DNA of 29,512 nt from Octopus sinensis (taxonomy: Eukaryota). Under the pieces are notes generated by a model. The model worked only from the letters and a program-made list of their open reading frames with translations. It ran no database searches and was not told the origin of the DNA. A program made the position numbers and the translations under genes. This document shows positions 10,835-21,780 of the stretch, one piece after another. How positions within the stretch are numbered: the stretch's first letter is position 1; every line of letters starts with the position of its first letter. The stretch lies in the NCBI RefSeq assembly GCF_006345805.1, contig NW_021832909.1:1-29512 (forward strand), written 5' to 3'.

Positions 10835-11110
10835 ATGTGTATGTGCGTCTGTGTCTGTGTGCGTGCATGTATGTGTATGTCTGTGTGTGTGTGCGCGTGT
10901 GCATGTGGGTGTGTGCATGTGTGTGCATGTGTGTGTGTATGTGTTGGATGTGCGTGTGTGTGTGCATGTGTGTGTCTACATGTGTGTGTATGTGTGTTGG
11001 ATGTGCATGTGTGTGTCTGCATATGTGTGTATGTGTGTTGGATGTGCGTGTGTGTGTGCATGTGTGTATGTAATGTGTGTACGAGCGTGTTTGTGTGTGT
11101 GTGTGTGTGC
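10835..11110. repeat. Cryptic (TG)-rich satellite with recurring gtatgtgtgttggatgtgc motif
   Basis: The motif recurs at ~10936, 10988 and 11029 within alternating purine-pyrimidine sequence. Confidence 0.85.
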
Positions 11111-11126
11111 TGTAACTCACTATATA

Positions 11127-11674
11127 TTGGGTTGTCCGGAAAGTTCGTGCCGATTTTTAAAGGAAAGAAAAAGGTTAATAAATACTTGCCATTGCATTTT
11201 TAATCAACCAAATATGAACCATTTTGTTGCACAATGCGCATCCGCCTTTCCTTTAACTTGAAAATACCCTCTTCCCAGAATTGAGGCGGTTTCATGGCAA
11301 AGAATTCATCAAGGTATCTTTTTACGTCATCTAAGGAATTGAAACTTTTACCATTAAGACTATTCTGCAGAGACCTGAATAAGTGGAAATCCGAAAGAGC
11401 AATATCTGGTGAATGTGGAGGGTAGAGTAACACATCCCAGCCGAGCTGCAGCACTTTTTGTCTGGTTCACAAAGCATCAAGTGCCGAAAATGAACTTTCT
11501 TATCTTCCATTTTAAAGGGTTACAGAATTAACACAGGTTAGAGGAACATAAACCTTCTTTCACGTGCCCTAAATGGAGGTGGGGTCAAATCCTATTTTAT
11601 GGACTCGACCATGTTCTAAAATAAGTCGAAAGGTAAGCTACTATAAATTGGCATGAACTTTCCGGACAACCCAA
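11127..11674 (-). mobile_element. Internally deleted mariner (DD34D-type) element, 548 bp, with both TIRs and TA target duplication
   Basis: 30-bp TIRs at 11127-11156 and 11645-11674 (28/30 identical); TA at 11125-11126 and 11675-11676. ATG 11510 gives MEDKKVHFRHLML, joined out of frame to LQLGWDVLLYPPHSPDIALSDFHLFRSLQN...NGSYLVD (11200-11454). Confidence 0.9.
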
Positions 11675-11879
11675 TACATTTCCAACGCCATATTAGGAAT
11701 ATAGCGTGAGGAATCACCAGTGATTCCTACTTTAGGCAAAGTGAAACAGAACAGGTTACACATATATATATTGTTTTCAGGTATCAACCACAAAGTATTC
11801 AATTAATAAGCAATATATTGATCTCGTAGAAAACCAATTTATATTTAGGTTCGACCAACCAGTTGCCTGCTGGTTATTG

Positions 11880-12891
11880 TTATCTTCGTATTATTGCATC
11901 ATACGGATTCCCAGTTCAGGCATTATTGTGACTCATACCCATATGTGTTCTGTTTGCAATCCATTTATGAGAAGATAGCAGAGCACTTCAAAATTTTCAG
12001 CATTGAACTGCGTTTTATCGCTTTCAGCCCATTTATACATTGCTTTCGGGGCTTTTTGTAGCTTTGCGTTCTCATCACTATCCTTGACATCCTGTGATAC
12101 TTTTTTTATTGTCAGTATAGCTGATGAGAATGGCTGACTGTATGACTAAGAGGGTGTTGAGTGAGCCAGCGACAGTACACTTTTCTTTTCTACTCTAGGC
12201 ACAAGGCCCAAAATTTTTGGGGGAGTGGGGGAACCAGTCGATTAGATCGACCCCAGTACGCAACTGGTTCTTAATTTATCGACCCCGAAAGGATGAAAGG
12301 CAAATCGACCTCGGCGAAATTTGAACTCGGAGCGTAAAGACAGACGAAATACCACGAAGTATTTCGCCCGGCGTGCTAATGCTTCATATTTCTTTATATT
12401 GCCCACCAGGGGCTAAACATGGAGGGGACAAACAAAGACAGACAAAGGGGTTACGTCGATTACATCGATCCAGTGCATAACTGGTACTTTATTTATCGAC
12501 CCCGAAAGGATAAAAGGGAAAGTCGACCTCGGCGGAATTTGAACTCACAACGCAACGACAGACGAAATACGGCTACGCATTTCACCCAGCGTGCTAACGC
12601 TTCTGCCAGCTCGGCGCCTTCAGTGACGGTGCCCTGCTTAAAACTGGTGTCTTCTCAGAGAGAGCACCGTTAGCTGTATTTGCTTAAGTCTTGCCTCTTA
12701 AAGTCATGAAACCACTTCTCTAGATTTCCTACCATGTCGAAGTTATGTGCTTCGTGACGAGTCATTCTGTGGCGAATTTTATCGAAGGCCTTTACAAAAT
12801 CGAGATATATCACATCCACGTGTGAATTGTCGAGCTGTTGTTTATAAGAACAGTCCAGCAGTGACCGATCAGAGAAGCAAATACAGAACAA
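11880..12891 (-). pseudogene. CR1/L2-clade LINE RT relic, interrupted by a SINE dimer
   Basis: DVIYLDFVKAFDKIRH (~12775-12830), QGTV (~12626-12637), then past the SINE: ISYTDNKK (YADD-like) and LQKAPKAMYKWAESDKTQFNAENFEVLCY. Confidence 0.75.
12181..12618 (-). mobile_element. Nested dimer of SINE family B: tail-X copy (12388-12618) joined into the head of a tail-Y copy (12181-12387)
   Basis: Both bodies match the 9573-9756 unit. Junction ggcgtgctaa-tgcttcat|atttcttta. Confidence 0.85.
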
Positions 12892-12934
12892 ATTTCATGC
12901 ATATTTAAATGTCGCTGAAATTAATTCACAGATA

Positions 12935-14273
12935 CAAATGAGCTGAACGTATACAAATGAGCTGAACCTCATTTAGCAATGGGCAAATGAAATTTAATGC
13001 ATTAAAATTTCCGGTTCTGCATTACGAAGGGAACACACATAAATCACATAATTAGACACCAGGTAACACAATGACTTAGAGCAATTATGACTTATTGGAC
13101 ATAGGAGTAATCATGTCAAATGATGCATCTTTCATTGGCCAGATCACCAAACTGACCTCTAAATACAGACATCATATAAGATAGATTCCATGAATCTTCG
13201 TGACAAGAGAACCGGTAATTATACTGGTTCTACGGAAAAGCTTAGTTCTGCTCACAATTTCGGTATCCAAATGCGTTCGGTCTTACAGAAGATATTGAAG
13301 GGTTACGAAGAACGTTTACCAGTAAAATAACTTTGGTTAAAAGCCTTAATTACAGGAAACGTCTGAAAACTATGCGTTTCTTCTCTTTTGAACGCCGAAG
13401 AGAGCAATATATCATTATATATGTGTTGTGTAGACGCCCCCAGATGATGAAGTAGGCTAGCCCAATACGTAGATATAGAGGGAGAAGTTTAGACGTCGGG
13501 AGTTGAGGAGAGGTCATCGGAACATGCGATATAACAGTGGCGACGATGATTTTGTTGCTCACATAGCCACTGTGTAGTATTGCGATATAACAATATGTAT
13601 AGACAATCTTGGAGGGAGTATGTTCCAAATTTCGGCATTAAAGAGAATTTTAATACACGAACTGGAAGATACATATTTATTTACTGCCCACAAGGGGCTA
13701 AACACAGAGAGGACAAAGAAGAACAGACAAACGGATTAAGTCGATTATATCGACCCCAGTGCGTAACTGGTACTTATTTATTCGACCCCGAAAGGATGAA
13801 TGGCAAAGTCGACCTCGGTGGAATTTGAACTCAGAACGTAACGGCAGACGAAATACTGCAAAGCATTTCACCCGGCGTGCTAATGTTTCTACCAGCTCAC
13901 CGCCTTATGTTCCTGCCAGCTCGCTTCTATATACACTACCTTCCATATACACCACCTTCGAAATCACGAGTAGAGCCACTCTATTGTTCTCAATATATAA
14001 CTGTCCTCAATTGCTCAAATGGCTACCTCAAGAAATCAGAAATGTAGAAAAGATCTCTACTAAAACATAAAAGGGAAGACATTGGATAAACTCTTAACGA
14101 TAATACCGGATCAGCCAACCATTCAAAGATACTCACAAAGAAGACCATCTGGTATGAATTCAATCATAGACCGACTTCCAGCCATGAGGCGACAGCAAAA
14201 CTCAAAGAAAGCAAATTAAGACGCTGCTCCAAAATGGCTGCGGTCTTACTACTGAAACCACTTAAAGAATAAA
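12935..14273 (+). pseudogene. CR1-clade LINE ORF2 C-terminal relic with 3' end; interrupted at 13425-13592 and 13674-13904
   Basis: Across stops and frameshifts: VYK*AE, FNALKFPVLHY, DIGVIMSNDASF, LNYRKRLKTMRFFSFERRREQYIIIY, ILEG/VPNFGI...NTRTGR, LLKWLPQEIRNV, LDKLLTIIPDQPT...NSIID. Ends ...actgaaaccacttaaagaataaaa. Confidence 0.75.
13674..13904 (-). mobile_element. SINE family B, tail X, full length
   Basis: Matches 9573-9803 end to end; inserted in the CR1 relic. Confidence 0.9.
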
Positions 14274-14329
14274 AAAATTCATAAAAGGATATTCATATAA
14301 ATATATATTTAATGTATTCATGCCAGTGT

Positions 14330-14463
14330 GTGTGTGTGCGCGTGCGAGTGTGTGCGTGCGTGCGTGTGTGGAGAAAGAGAGAGAGATGGAGGATAGGTAG
14401 AGATTTAAATATATTTGTAGATAGACAGACAAACAGACAGGAAGATAGATGAATGGATGGATG

Positions 14464-14549
<86 letters not shown>

Positions 14550-14555
14550 TAGATA
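14330..14555. repeat. (GT)/(GA)/(GATA)n/(GACA)n microsatellites
   Basis: Directly visible. Confidence 0.9.
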
Positions 14556-14939
14556 GAGATGGGTTATATATTGTATAGAAGGAACAAGGAATTTGAATAT
14601 GTGTGTGTATACGATGCACAAAATTATGAGCTGCCAATCAGAAAGATGAATGTTACCAATCAGAAAAAAAATATATATTTCTGTAGGAACTGAAATATTG
14701 TTTCCAACTAACTAAATAGATGCCAGGTTGCTAGGCAACTGTGATATAAACTTAAGTATTTGGTTGTGATACACGCACACACAACACGCACACACACGCA
14801 CACACATATTTTTGTTTTTACCTGGGGTTTTTTTTCTTTGTTATTTCATTTTCTTTCATCGGAATCAATATTTTACGTAAATTATAAGTTGTACTATATT
14901 TCTCCGATGTCACGATAACAGTTACTTAAAATGAAAACA

Positions 14940-15094
14940 TCACCATTATTATTATTATTATTATTGCTATTGTTGTTGTTGTTGTTGTTGCTGCTGCTGT
15001 TGTTGTTGTTGTTGTTATTGTTGTTGTTATCTATTTAATTTTATTATCACCATTATCATCTTCTTTATCATCACCATCATTGTTATTATTATTG

Positions 15095-15132
<38 letters not shown>

Positions 15133-15140
15133 GCTACTAC

Positions 15141-15176
<36 letters not shown>

Positions 15177-15182
15177 TACTAC

Positions 15183-15239
<57 letters not shown>

Positions 15240-15301
15240 TACTACTGTTATTATTATTATATTATTATTATTATTATTATTATTATTACTACTACTATAA
15301 C

Positions 15302-15334
<33 letters not shown>

Positions 15335-15500
15335 TACTGTTATTATTATTATTATTATTACTACTACTACCACTGTTATTATTATTATTATTATCATCAT
15401 TATTGTTGTTGTTGTTATCTATTTATTTTTATCATTATCACATTATCATCTTTATCATCAAAGATTATTATTATTGCCATTATTATTATTATTATCATCA

Positions 15501-15540
<40 letters not shown>

Positions 15541-15720
15541 TTTATTAATATCCATTATTATTATTATCATCATCATTATTATAATTATTATTATTATTAT
15601 CATTATTATTATTATCATCATATTATTATTATTATTATTTTATTATTATTCTCATTATTATCATTATTATTATTATCATTATCATTATTATTTTATTATT
15701 ATTATTATTATTATTATGCC

Positions 15721-15753
<33 letters not shown>

Positions 15754-15790
15754 TTATTATTATTATCATTATTATTATTAATACTATTGC
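14940..15790. repeat. ~850-bp degenerate (ATT)n/(GTT)n trinucleotide array with recurring tactactgt interruptions
   Basis: Directly visible. Source of the poly-L/Y/I ORFs 15080-15831. Confidence 0.95.
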
Positions 15791-15908
15791 TGGTGGTACT
15801 GTTCGTAATACCGCACCTTTTACACAACTAATTCCAACGTTAATTACTTATTCTCTTCGCTTCTTCCTTCCAGTTGCAGAGAGTTGTTAAGTGTTCCAAT
15901 GCCCCCAG

Positions 15909-15980
<72 letters not shown>

Positions 15981-16633
15981 GTATATATACACCGCATACA
16001 TTTATTCTTTTATAGCAGTTTTATGATCAACGTTATATCATCTCTCAGCTCGTAAAATTGAATTCATACTTTCTCACCTCTAACCGAACGAGTTTTCACC
16101 TTATGTAGATCATACAATCACAAAATGAAATACTAACACTTTATTTATTACAGAACATTATGGAAAGATATTTAAATTTTCTTTTCTATTTTTTTTTTTT
16201 TTTTTTATCAGATTCCAATATTACATTTTCAGTATAATCTTCGTGTTATTAGTTGAGGTTTTGATTGCCAGAAACGGTATGTTTGTGAGATTGCACTCAT
16301 ATTTTCCCATCTTAACATTACATTTAATTAAAATATAAATATTACTGTTATCGCTGGCGGTTATGTTAAGTAAGAATATGGATGCTTTTAATTCCAACAT
16401 TAATTACGACCCTAAGTACCAGTCTAGAGCAAAGAACGTCAGCCGAAATGCCTTCCGATGTCTATTCTAGTTCTGTACTTTCTGAGTTCAAATCCTGATT
16501 TCTCACAGAAAAGGGGTTACATTTCTTTTAAGAATTTTGACCGTTGGCCTGGGGCTAAAAATAACTACCAGCAAGTACTATATGACTTTTCTGTATTAGT
16601 CTGCTGAAAATACACCGCAAAAGCCCATTTCAG

Positions 16634-16704
<71 letters not shown>

Positions 16705-16940
16705 GAAGCCCGTTCTGTATATGTATATATCTGCATGTCTGTGTTTGTCCCCCAGCATCGCTTGACAACCGATGCTGGTGAGTTTACGTCCCCGTAACTT
16801 TGCGGTTCGGCAAAAGAGTCCGATAGAATAAGTACTGGGCTTACAAAGAATAAGTCCTGGGGTCGATTTCCTCGACTAAAGGTGGTGTTCCAGCATGGCC
16901 GCAGTCAAATGACTGAAACAAGTAAACGAGTAAAAGAGTA
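16705..16940 (+). mobile_element. SINE family C, 3' half
   Basis: Matches 8780-9050. Confidence 0.85.
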
Positions 16941-17244
16941 CCATTACTCTTCCGTGGTTTTCAACATCAGAGACGCCATTATCCAAAGTATCCTTCGATT
17001 AAGACGATCGGTCGTGATTTAAGAGAAATGTAACTGTTATTTTCAACAGATCAATCAATGGCGAAGATACTTCCTCACCGGATCACGTGGTTGCTTTTGT
17101 TCTTTAGCTCCGGACCGGCCCTAATCATCTTGTATTTTATTCTAATATAGTCTTGAATTACATATTTTTTAAAGATTCTAGGGCGTCATTTTCAAAAAGA
17201 ATTTTGTTGTTAGATCAAGTAAGGCGAATATCCACAAAAGTGGC

Positions 17245-17682
17245 ACTCTATCTCTCTCTCTCTCTACCTCTCTCTCTGCCTCTCTCTCTCTCTCTCTTTC
17301 TCTATCTATCTTTCTATCTATCTATCTATCTATCTTTATCTATCTATCTATCTTTAGCTCTATAGCACCAGTGGAGAGATACGAACTTGAGATTCTTTGA
17401 ATGATCAGTCGGTAGCCTATGAGCAAACTTTTCACCACTGAGCCATACTGCAGTCAGTTGCACACATACACTCACACACACACATACACGCGCGCGCGCG
17501 CTGGACGTATATATATATATATATATATCATTAATATTTCATTTTTAATCGATGAGGTTTACAAATTGACGTTTTGTGAATGGCATTGCCGACGATGATA
17601 ATTTTGGATCTTAAGTCACTTCGAAACTTCTGACCATCATAATAGATATAGATGTGTGTGTGTGTGTTTGTATGTATGTATG

Positions 17683-17713
<31 letters not shown>

Positions 17714-17828
17714 ATATGTATTTATATATATATGTGTGTATATATGTGTGTGTAGACAGACAGACAGATAGATATATAGATATATAGATAGATAGATAGA
17801 TAGACAGATAGATAGACAGACAGACAGG

Positions 17829-17868
<40 letters not shown>

Positions 17869-17889
17869 CAGATAAAATCATATATGTTC

Positions 17890-17950
<61 letters not shown>
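17245..17950. repeat. (CT)/(CTAT)/(CA)(CG)/(GTAT)/(GATA)/(GT) microsatellite cluster
   Basis: Directly visible. Confidence 0.85.
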
Positions 17951-17954
<4 letters not shown>

Positions 17955-18004
17955 TTCTTTTCTTTCCCTTTGTTTTTTTTTCGTTGTTTCTCCGTTTTTC
18001 CCCC

Positions 18005-18110
18005 TCAGTCTTTTCTGTCGAAGAGCATAGGCTCGAAACGTCAAAGACTTTTCCATTCTTCCCGAGCGTTGAATTAATATACCTGCTTGCTTTCTGTAAA
18101 TTTGAACTAA
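18005..18110 (+). mobile_element. Second copy of the hammerhead-like short repeat seen at 1205-1340
   Basis: agtcttttctgtcgaagagcataggctcgaaacgtcaaagact...cccgagcgtt...ctgcttgc. Confidence 0.55.
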
Positions 18111-18508
18111 TTTAGATAGCTAGCTAGAGAGATAGATATGTATGTTTCTCCTGCTTCTTCTAACAAAGCCATAAATACACACATACACACAGAAATAGAT
18201 ATACAGTTTCTGTCGACGAAACTCCAGTCAGTAGGTGACGAAATATCTATTTCCTTTTTCCTTTTTTTCTTGGTAGACATACATATTTCTTGCAAAATTA
18301 ACAAGCCTAAAGCTATCGTTCAATCTTGCTATTCCTCCAACTATGTCTTTTAATGATTTGCTTTAATGCTATTTCGTTTAATAATATTTGTTTTCCATCG
18401 AAAAATAACAAAACAGAAGACGAAAAGAAAGAGATAATATTTCGGACTCTCTTGCCAAGGAACAATGACATTTCTTCAGTTGATGCTGTTATTATTATTG
18501 TTCTGCGT

Positions 18509-18862
18509 GGAGGAGCATTGGCCCAGTGGTTAGGGCAGCAGATTTGCGGTCGTGATATCGCGGTTTCGATTCCCAGACCGGGCATTGTGAGTGTTTATTG
18601 AGCGAAAACACTTAAAGCTACACGATGCTCCACCCTGCTGTACTCTTTCACCACAGCTTTCTCTCACACATTCTTCCTGTTTCTGTTGTACCTGTATTTC
18701 GAAGGGCCAGCCACGCTGATTCCCTCCACCACCACCCGAGAACTACGTTATGGGTACACGTGTCTGTGGAGTGCTCAGCCACTTACACGTTAGTTTCACG
18801 AGCGAGCTGTTCCATTGATCAGATCAACTGGAACCCTTGTCGTCGTAACCGACGGAGAGCCA
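18509..18862 (+). mobile_element. SINE family A, tail type 2 (with internal deletions)
   Basis: Head as in 542-849. Tail matches 21590-21780 and ends cgtcgtaaccgacggag. Confidence 0.85.
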
Positions 18863-19112
18863 CGACGATTGTCTAACCCTCTCGTTCTAATGGAGTAGAA
18901 CTCTGATCAGAGACATTCTAATAATGACCCACCTGTTTTTTGTTCTTGCACTGTTATACCAGGTCCTTCATTTTCTTAATGCGGTATGGTAGATAAGATG
19001 TTATTTAGAGAAATTTGACAGCCATTTCATTCCTCGGGAGTCGATAAAATTATGGAGCTGTCAAGTACTGGCATTGATAGAATTGATTAATCATATATAC
19101 TTCAAAATTTCT

Positions 19113-19272
19113 GGCGCAAGCGTTGCTTTGTGGTAAGAAATTTGCTTCCCAAACACAAGATCCCGGGTTCTTTCCCACTGCGAGGCACCTTGGTCAAAGA
19201 CTTCTACTTATGTACCGAACCGATCAAAGCTTTGTGAGAGGATTTTCGTAGATGGAAATTGGAAGAAGCCTG
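19113..19272 (+). mobile_element. Diverged SINE family C, 5' half
   Basis: tgtggtaagaaatttgcttccc...gcaccttggtcaa...gatcaaagctttgtgag...gaagaagcc aligns with 19905-20066. Confidence 0.7.
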
Positions 19273-19371
19273 TGTATGTATATATATATATATATGTGGG
19301 GGGGGGTTCTAGATTCTAGAAATTTTCTAGATATTTGGGTTTTCTAGATTCTAATTGACTTTCTTCTCTCT

Positions 19372-19575
19372 TTCTCTTTTTATTCTTTTATTGTTTCAGT
19401 CATTTGGCTGTGGCCATGCTGGAGCACCACCTTTAGTCGACCAAATCGACCCCAGGACTTATAAGCCTCGTACTTTTTCTATCGGGTCTCTTTTGCCGAA
19501 CCGCTAAGTTACGGAGACATAAACACACCAGCTTAGGTTGTCAAGCGATGTTGGGGGGACAAACACAGACACACA
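19372..19575 (-). mobile_element. SINE family C, 3' half
   Basis: Reverse complement of 16740-16940. Confidence 0.85.
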
Positions 19576-19595
19576 AACATATACACACACACAGA

Positions 19596-19695
<100 letters not shown>

Positions 19696-19715
19696 ACGTA
19701 TGTATGTATATATAT

Positions 19716-20256
19716 ACCAAAAAATAAGCAACAAGAATGGATCGGTAGTTTAGTACAATTGTTTCATACTATAAATATTTTATTTAAAGCTGCAAATATT
19801 ACAGCAAGTATAATGTAAGTAATCTTCAGCTAATTTCATATAGGTTTTCCAAACATCTTAGAGAGTGTAAATATACTTAAAAAGTTATAGATGTGTTTTA
19901 TCGAAAGCGTAGGAGTGGCTGTGTGGTAAGTAGCTTGCTTACCAGCCACATGGTTCGGGGTTCAGTCCCACTGCGTGGCACCTTGGGCAAGTGTCTTCTA
20001 CTATAGCCTCGGGCCGAGCAAAGCCTTGTGAGTGGATTTGGTAGACGAAAACTGAAAGAAGCCCGACTGAAAGAGCTCACATCTATAACATTATAAGTAT
20101 ATTTACACTCCCTAAGATGTTTGGAAAACCTATATGAATTTAGCTGAAGATTACTTAACATTATATTTGCTGTAATATTTGCAGCTTTAATAAATTGTTA
20201 TAGTATGAAACAATTGTACTAAACTACCGATCCATTCTTGTTGCTTATTTTTTGGT
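19716..20256. mobile_element. Fold-back element with ~180-bp near-identical inverted arms; a family C SINE sits in its spacer
   Basis: Arms 19716-19895 (accaaaaaataagcaacaag...gttatagatgtg) and 20078-20256 are reverse complements with few differences. Confidence 0.8.
19905..20066 (+). mobile_element. SINE family C, 5' half (tRNA head plus CORE-like gcaccttgggcaagtgtctt)
   Basis: Near-identical in inverted orientation to 20407-20570. Confidence 0.9.
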
Positions 20257-20353
20257 TATAATCACCCCACATAATTTTATGGGTAATACCATAAAAAATT
20301 CTGGTGCATCTAAGTTAAGTACCATATTCATTTGGATCTAAATTGTTTTGCTG

Positions 20354-20394
<41 letters not shown>

Positions 20395-20406
20395 TCATGC
20401 ATATAT

Positions 20407-20570
20407 ACGACGGGCTTCTTTCAGTTACCGTCTACCAAATCCACTCAAAAGGCTTTGGTTGGCCCGAGGCTATTGTAGAAGACACTTGCCCAAGGTGCCA
20501 CGCAGTGGGACTGAACCCGGAACCATGTGGCTGGTAAGCAAGCTACTTACCACACAGCCACTCCTACGCC
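20407..20570 (-). mobile_element. SINE family C, 5' half
   Basis: Reverse complement of 19905-20066. Confidence 0.9.
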
Positions 20571-21153
20571 TTCGATAAAACAAAAAGAAGAAGAAAAAGA
20601 TTGTACTGTTATCTGCACGGTGACTTATAATACGAATCTTCAAAGATAAGAAATTTCATTATTATGTCATTAAACAATGTGATTTTTAATTTAATAATTT
20701 ATTAATGTCATGATAATAACGTTTCTTATCGTGGTATTATTAAAATATTAAATTAGAAATTATGTATTTAATTCGTGACTGAAAAGTTATTACAGTAGCA
20801 TTAAGAATTTTAAAATACTTTTTTAGAAATTCAAATCAAAATATTGAAATATCGCTGGTTTTAACATTGATATGAATATTGAACGCGATTTGTGGATGCT
20901 GGAGGGAGAAACTTATGTAGGTGAAATATTTAATTAATACTTTTTGGGGCTTTTTTTGTTTGTCTTTTTAATCAAACATATCATTGCGTTTGTACATTGA
21001 CTTCCATTGTAGCATTCATGGAAGTTTCTTGAATTCAATCAAACACATTGTTTTGATCTATTTCGTATGAATCGAACCGTCATTGATGCGAGAATACAAT
21101 ATGAATATATGAATTTAAGCGCCTGTATGTATGCATGTATGGTATGTGTGTAC

Positions 21154-21384
21154 GGTGGGGAGCTGGCAGAAACGTTAGCACGCCAGGCGAAATGCTTAGC
21201 AGTATTTCGTCTGCCGCTACGTTCTTAGTTCAAATTCCGCCGAGGTCGACTTTGCCTTTCATCTTTTCGGGGTCGATAAATTAAGGATCAGTTACGCACT
21301 GGGGTCGATGTAATCGACTTAATCCGTTTGTCTGTCCTTGTTTGTCCTCTCTGTGTTTAGCCTCTTGTGGGTAGTAAAGAAATA
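21154..21384 (+). mobile_element. SINE family B, tail X, with target-site duplication
   Basis: A-box-like agctggcagaaacgttagc and B-box-like gagttcaaattcc (here tagttcaaattcc). Flanks ggtatgtgtgtacggtgg (21141-21158) and ggtatgggtgtacggtgg (21385-21402). Confidence 0.9.
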
Positions 21385-21400
21385 GGTATGGGTGTACGGT

Positions 21401-21780
21401 GGATGCGCAGTGGCCCAGTGGTTAGGGCAGCGGACTCGCAGTCGTAGGATCGCGGTTTCGATTCCCAGACCGGGCGTTGTGAGTGTTTATTGAGCGAAAA
21501 CACCTAAAGCTCCACGATGCTCCGGCAGGGGATGGTGGCGAACCCTGTTGTACTTTTTCACCACAACTTTCTCCCACTCTTTCTTCCTGTTTCAGTTGTA
21601 CCTGCATTTCGAAGGGCCAGCCTTGTCACACTCTGTGTCAGGCTGAATCTCCCCTGAGAACTACGTTAAGGGTACACGTTTCTGTGGAGTGCTCAACCAC
21701 TTGCACGTTAATTTCACGAGCAGGCTGTTCCGCTGATCGGATCAACTGGAACTCTCGTCGTCGTAACCGACGGAGAACCA
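21401..21780 (+). mobile_element. SINE family A, tail type 2, full length
   Basis: Head and body match 542-727; tail matches 18680-18862. Confidence 0.9.

Noticed and set aside
12120-12128. CTGATGA core (also at 4126)
   Set aside because: No downstream GAAA or helices; explained by the antisense CR1 RT and the Tc1 SDE codons.
15845-15910. Polypyrimidine tract plus AG (possible exon acceptor at ~15873)
   Set aside because: No convincing donor, open frame or homology; cannot support a host exon.
18430-18485. Minus-strand CTGAAGA...GAAATATT motif
   Set aside because: Helices I and II do not pair convincingly; at most a heavily decayed relic.
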